From an uncultured virus (IMG/VR IMGVR_UViG_3300032268_000397) (lineage: Duplodnaviria; Heunggongvirae; Uroviricota; Caudoviricetes): a stretch of DNA of 20,000 nt. The DNA lies in IMG/VR virus record IMGVR_UViG_3300032268_000397; one strand, given 5' to 3'. The notes beneath the pieces are model-generated. The model ran no database searches. It was not told where the DNA came from and was given only the letters and a program-made list of their open reading frames with translations. The position numbers and the translations under genes were made by a program. How positions within the stretch are numbered: position 1 is the first letter of the stretch; every line of letters begins with the position of its first letter. Positions 17,476 through 20,000 of the stretch are shown piece after piece.

Positions 17476-17681
17476 TGTTGCATAGATTCTATGATATCAA
17501 GGCAGAAAATGAACAGTTCGAAGAGTTTGTTCATGATAAAGAATATGTCTTGCATGTACCAGAATATGACATGTCAACCCCTCTTGAGAGGCAGGAGGGT
17601 ATAGGATACATGCTCGAAATTCTGACTGCCGCAAGTGGCGTGAACGTTTGTTCATTCAAGGTAGATCAGAAGATCGCTTGA
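17475..17681 (+). CDS. Hypothetical protein (68 aa)
   Basis: TAATG overlap with the upstream gene; stop abuts repeat copy 4. Confidence 0.7.
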   Translation: MLHRFYDIKAENEQFEEFVHDKEYVLHVPEYDMSTPLERQEGIGYMLEILTAASGVNVCSFKVDQKIA

Positions 17682-17683
17682 CC

Positions 17684-17761
17684 TAAAGCCTTGTCTCTAA
17701 ACGACTTAGAGCAAGGCGGGCGGGCTGGGTTGATCGTAAGTCTTTTCATATCAAGTATTTA
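17684..17761. repeat. Double-palindrome element, copy 4
   Basis: TAAA-N17-CTTA 17684-17708 and TAAG-N17-TTTA 17737-17761. Confidence 0.9.
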
Positions 17762-17770
17762 GGACAAAAT

Positions 17771-17810
17771 TCAAGTTTGTCTTGACAAGTGTCGATACAT
17801 GGTGTAAGAT
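17771..17810 (+). promoter_or_regulatory. sigma70 promoter with nested sigma28-like motif
   Basis: TTGACA-N17-TAAGAT; TCAAG-N15-GTCGATAC. Confidence 0.75.
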
Positions 17811-17828
17811 GGTATGCACAAAGGAGTT

Positions 17829-17966
17829 ATGTATATGGTAGATGAGGAAGATTGGGTACAACCGGAAGATGAGACAGAACAGCAACTCTTGGTAGAGTGG
17901 GAGGAATGGGTAAGATCGCAACCCGCACAACCGCCACAAGAGGATGGGCAGTCCTGCCCGAACTAG
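17829..17966 (+). CDS. Small acidic protein (45 aa)
   Basis: MYMVDEEDWVQPEDETEQQLLVEWEEWVRSQ...; AAGGAG RBS. Confidence 0.65.
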   Translation: MYMVDEEDWVQPEDETEQQLLVEWEEWVRSQPAQPPQEDGQSCPN

Positions 17967-18006
17967 AAACATCATAGTTTTTGGCCGCATAGTCAGCGAA
18001 ACTGAT

Positions 18007-18046
18007 TAAAGTTGGGCTTGACGTATGGCCGATAATAAGATATACT
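18007..18046 (+). promoter_or_regulatory. sigma70 promoter with nested sigma28-like motif
   Basis: TTGACG-N17-TATACT; TAAAG-N16-GCCGATAA. Confidence 0.75.
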
Positions 18047-18052
18047 GAGCGT

Positions 18053-18565
18053 ATGAACATATTCATATTAGATAACGATCCACGAACAGCAGCAGAGTAT
18101 ATGTGTGACAAGCATATACCAAAGATGATCGTGGAGACATTCCAAATGATGGGTAGTGCATTGCGTCGGCATGGTGCTAGGGATGAGCAAATGCCACTCA
18201 CGCAGGCCGGAAAGCCACTCATAGGTGGGTATAAGCATCATCCATGTACGGTGTGGGCTGGTGATAGCATATGTAATTTTGTCTGGCTAGGATTACATGG
18301 TATGTCATTGTGCGACGAGTATACATTTAGATATAACAAGACTCATAGCTGTGATATGAAAATACGTCATATGTGTGAGCTTATGGATATGCTACCTAAT
18401 ATCCCGCAAACTCCATATGCCTTGGCAATGCCAGACGAGTATAAATGTTCAGACGCTATTGACTCTTACCGTCGATACTATATAATGGAAAAGTCGCGTT
18501 TTGCTAAGTGGGAAAAGGGCCGCAAGTCTCCACACTGGTGGAATAAGGAGGAATGTTATGTCTAG
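18053..18565 (+). CDS. Pyrimidine-dimer DNA glycosylase / endonuclease V-like protein
   Basis: MNIFILD...DKHIPKMIVETFQM...HHPCTVWA...EYTFRYNKTH...AMPDEY...YRRYY pattern of the DenV-like (Pyr_excise) family. Confidence 0.8.
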   Translation: MNIFILDNDPRTAAEYMCDKHIPKMIVETFQMMGSALRRHGARDEQMPLTQAGKPLIGGYKHHPCTVWAGDSICNFVWLGLHGMSLCDEYTFRYNKTHSCDMKIRHMCELMDMLPNIPQTPYALAMPDEYKCSDAIDSYRRYYIMEKSRFAKWEKGRKSPHWWNKEECYV

Positions 18566-18806
18566 TATTTTTGATGAATATACAGCCGCACAACTTCGTG
18601 AGATATATCAGGAACCTTTTGAGGATTGGCCTGATGATTTCAGGCATTTCTTGCATGATGAGATAGCGGCAGATTTCTTGGAAGCGTGGATGGAACAGTG
18701 TGAAGAAGATGAATACATGGAACGTGTCCGTCAAGTTATAGAAGATTTGACTTATGGATATGAAGATGAGCATGGCAATGTTATGAAAGAATTTGATATA
18801 CACTAA
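18558..18806 (+). CDS. Acidic hypothetical protein (82 aa)
   Basis: MSSIFDEY... with AAGGAGG RBS. Confidence 0.7.
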   Translation: MSSIFDEYTAAQLREIYQEPFEDWPDDFRHFLHDEIAADFLEAWMEQCEEDEYMERVRQVIEDLTYGYEDEHGNVMKEFDIH

Positions 18807-18825
18807 CTTTTTAGAGGAATATAAA

Positions 18826-19308
18826 ATGCCAAACTGGTGTTCTAATAATATTGTTGTTACTCATACAAAGCCTGAGAAGTTGAAAGAATTTGTTGACGCA
18901 TATAACAATGGTGCCGTATGCGAACACTTTATGCCACAGCCCAAAGATTTAGATTCAGACGATTGTTTTGGCCCAAACGGCTGGTATACTTGGCGTTGTA
19001 ACAATTGGGGAGTCAAGTGGGACTTTGGTAAAGAAGATCATGACAGTCGAGCAAAGATTGTAAACAACGAGGTGAGCATCAGCTTTTCAACTGCATGGTC
19101 GCCCCCTATTGAGCTTTATCATCATTTACAGGACGAAGGATATGAGATTAAAGCTACATACTGGGAGCCAGGAATGGCTTTCTGTGGCGTGTATGAGGAT
19201 GGTGAAGAAAATACTATTTCCTATACATGCAATGATGAAATCCCAATTGGGCTTTGGGATGAATACAATATGGAAGAACTTTTGGAAGAGACGGAGGCTG
19301 ACGCTTGA
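18826..19308 (+). CDS. DUF1281/YubB ferredoxin-like domain protein
   Basis: MPNWCSN, WYTWRCNNWGVKWD, FSTAWSPP and YWEPGMAFCG signature; GAGG RBS. Confidence 0.8.
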   Translation: MPNWCSNNIVVTHTKPEKLKEFVDAYNNGAVCEHFMPQPKDLDSDDCFGPNGWYTWRCNNWGVKWDFGKEDHDSRAKIVNNEVSISFSTAWSPPIELYHHLQDEGYEIKATYWEPGMAFCGVYEDGEENTISYTCNDEIPIGLWDEYNMEELLEETEADA

Positions 19309-19333
19309 CAGGTGTGGGACTATGTGATACAAT
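19305..19333 (+). promoter_or_regulatory. sigma70 promoter for the tRNA
   Basis: TTGACA-N17-TACAAT with TG extension. Confidence 0.8.
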
Positions 19334-19351
19334 CATGTAGTCCTACCCTTT

Positions 19352-19424
19352 GGGGGTGTAACTTAGCGACTAAAGTAGCGGTCTTTTAAACCGTTTATCG
19401 TGGGTTTGAGTCCCACCGCCCCCA
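19352..19424 (+). tRNA. tRNA-Lys (anticodon UUU), CCA not encoded
   Basis: Acceptor GGGGGTG/CGCCCCC plus discriminator A; D-stem ACTT/AAGT; anticodon arm GCGGT-CTTTTAA-ACCGT; T-arm GTGGG-TTTGAGT-CCCAC. Confidence 0.9.
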
Positions 19425-19446
19425 CTTCTTTTACAAAGGACGCAGC

Positions 19447-19521
19447 ATGATAGAGTTATATGTTTTGATCTTGTTTTGGGTTTTGATCTTTGGGGCTACA
19501 GGGGATAACAATGGAAAATAA
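19447..19521 (+). CDS. Hydrophobic micro-peptide (24 aa)
   Basis: MIELYVLILFWVLIFGATGDNNGK with AAGGA RBS. Confidence 0.5.
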   Translation: MIELYVLILFWVLIFGATGDNNGK

Positions 19522-19654
19522 CTTTCTATATAATGAGTATGTGATGGGTGATACAGACTATTACGAAGATCAAGAAAATAGACAAACTCAAGTGTGGGAC
19601 TACTACGCTCTCTACCATGATGAAGAGATTGAAGACATAGACGTAAGTGATTGA
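19511..19654 (+). CDS. Small acidic protein (47 aa)
   Basis: MENNFLYNEYVMGDTDYYEDQE...DEEIEDIDVSD; GGGGA RBS; ends inside repeat copy 5. Confidence 0.6.
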   Translation: MENNFLYNEYVMGDTDYYEDQENRQTQVWDYYALYHDEEIEDIDVSD

Positions 19655-19721
19655 TAAATAAGGACTTATGGATGATCGGGGCCGCCGCGTTGATCCTAAG
19701 TCTTTATGTACCATAGACTTA
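19644..19721. repeat. Double-palindrome element, copy 5
   Basis: TAAG-N17-CTTA 19644-19668 and 19697-19721. Confidence 0.9.
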
Positions 19722-19739
19722 CAGCAAATAAAGATTTTT

Positions 19740-19782
19740 TCAAGTTTACCCTCTTGACAGGACGATAATGATAGTATACAAT
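19740..19782 (+). promoter_or_regulatory. sigma70 promoter with nested sigma28-like motif
   Basis: TTGACA-N17-TACAAT; TCAAG-N16-GACGATAA. Confidence 0.75.
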
Positions 19783-19804
19783 ACGTGTAATGAAAGAGAG
19801 ATCA

Positions 19805-19957
19805 ATGATGAATACAGACACTTACATGGTAATGAAGGGCAGTAAGGTTCTTGGATACGTTGAAGCGTATAGCACCTATCACGCCTTGATTATGGCTGAA
19901 AAGCTGTATGGTAAAAATTTGATTATTGAGAGAATTTCTCAAGTTTGTCAAGCATAG
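19805..19957 (+). CDS. Small hypothetical protein (50 aa)
   Basis: MMNTDTYMVMKGSKVLGYVEAYSTYHALIMAEKLYGKNLIIERISQVCQA after a promoter and GAGAG leader. Confidence 0.65.
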   Translation: MMNTDTYMVMKGSKVLGYVEAYSTYHALIMAEKLYGKNLIIERISQVCQA

Positions 19958-20000
19958 ATAAAACAAGCAGATAGTGGCCGCTGGCAGAATGATATCAAAG

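Noticed and set aside
15725..17706. TTGAC just before site A (copies 2-4) as -35 boxes
   Set aside because: The hexamer 17 bp downstream (AAGACT/ACGACT) is a poor -10, and in two cases the TGA is the upstream gene's stop codon.
15735..17717. Hairpins as canonical integron attC sites
   Set aside because: The arms resemble RYYYAAC/GTTRRRY, but the invariant AAC/GTT are AAA/CTT, the structure is only about 30 nt, and no integrase is in the window.
14336..19714. Minus-strand ORFs in the early region (14336, 14914, 15753, 16167, 17243, 17751, 17827, 18504, 19126, 19526) and the plus-strand alternative frame at 19109
   Set aside because: They overlap better-supported genes, promoters or repeat elements and have no recognisable motifs.
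14382..19721. Repeats as a CRISPR array
   Set aside because: Units are 0.8-2 kb apart, degenerate and separated by genes; there is no run of identical repeats with 30-40 bp spacers and no cas genes.
1..20000. Host assignment (for example Planctomycetota)
   Set aside because: The sigma54- and sigma28-like motifs suggest a flagellated RpoN-containing host, but the sequence alone cannot fix the taxon without database searches.

Overview
This is a fragment of a large tailed dsDNA phage (Caudoviricetes) with two divergent halves. Left half (1-14215, minus strand) is a late/morphogenesis module: sigma-like factor, HTH/coiled-coil protein (possible TerS), GDP-mannose 4,6-dehydratase, HNH, ERCC4 nuclease, ClpP, terminase large subunit, portal, prohead protease-scaffold, decoration protein, major capsid protein, a structural protein, and a fibre/adhesin running off the left edge that the ORF track missed. 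Right half (14380-20000, plus strand) is an early/accessory region of small, often very acidic or hydrophobic ORFs, a Gp88-like Cys-rich protein, a DenV-like glycosylase, a DUF1281-like protein and tRNA-Lys(UUU). The most notable signal is non-coding. Five copies of a 78-bp element divide the early region into cassette-like modules. Each copy is two 25-bp imperfect palindromes (TAAR-N17-YTTA) whose starts are exactly 53 bp apart, placed at the end of one gene block and upstream of the next promoter. Three copies also carry a covarying bulged hairpin. Most downstream promoters nest sigma70 and sigma28-like motifs, and the first element is followed by a face-to-face pair of near-consensus sigma54 sites. 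All family assignments come from motif recognition by eye, not database searches.
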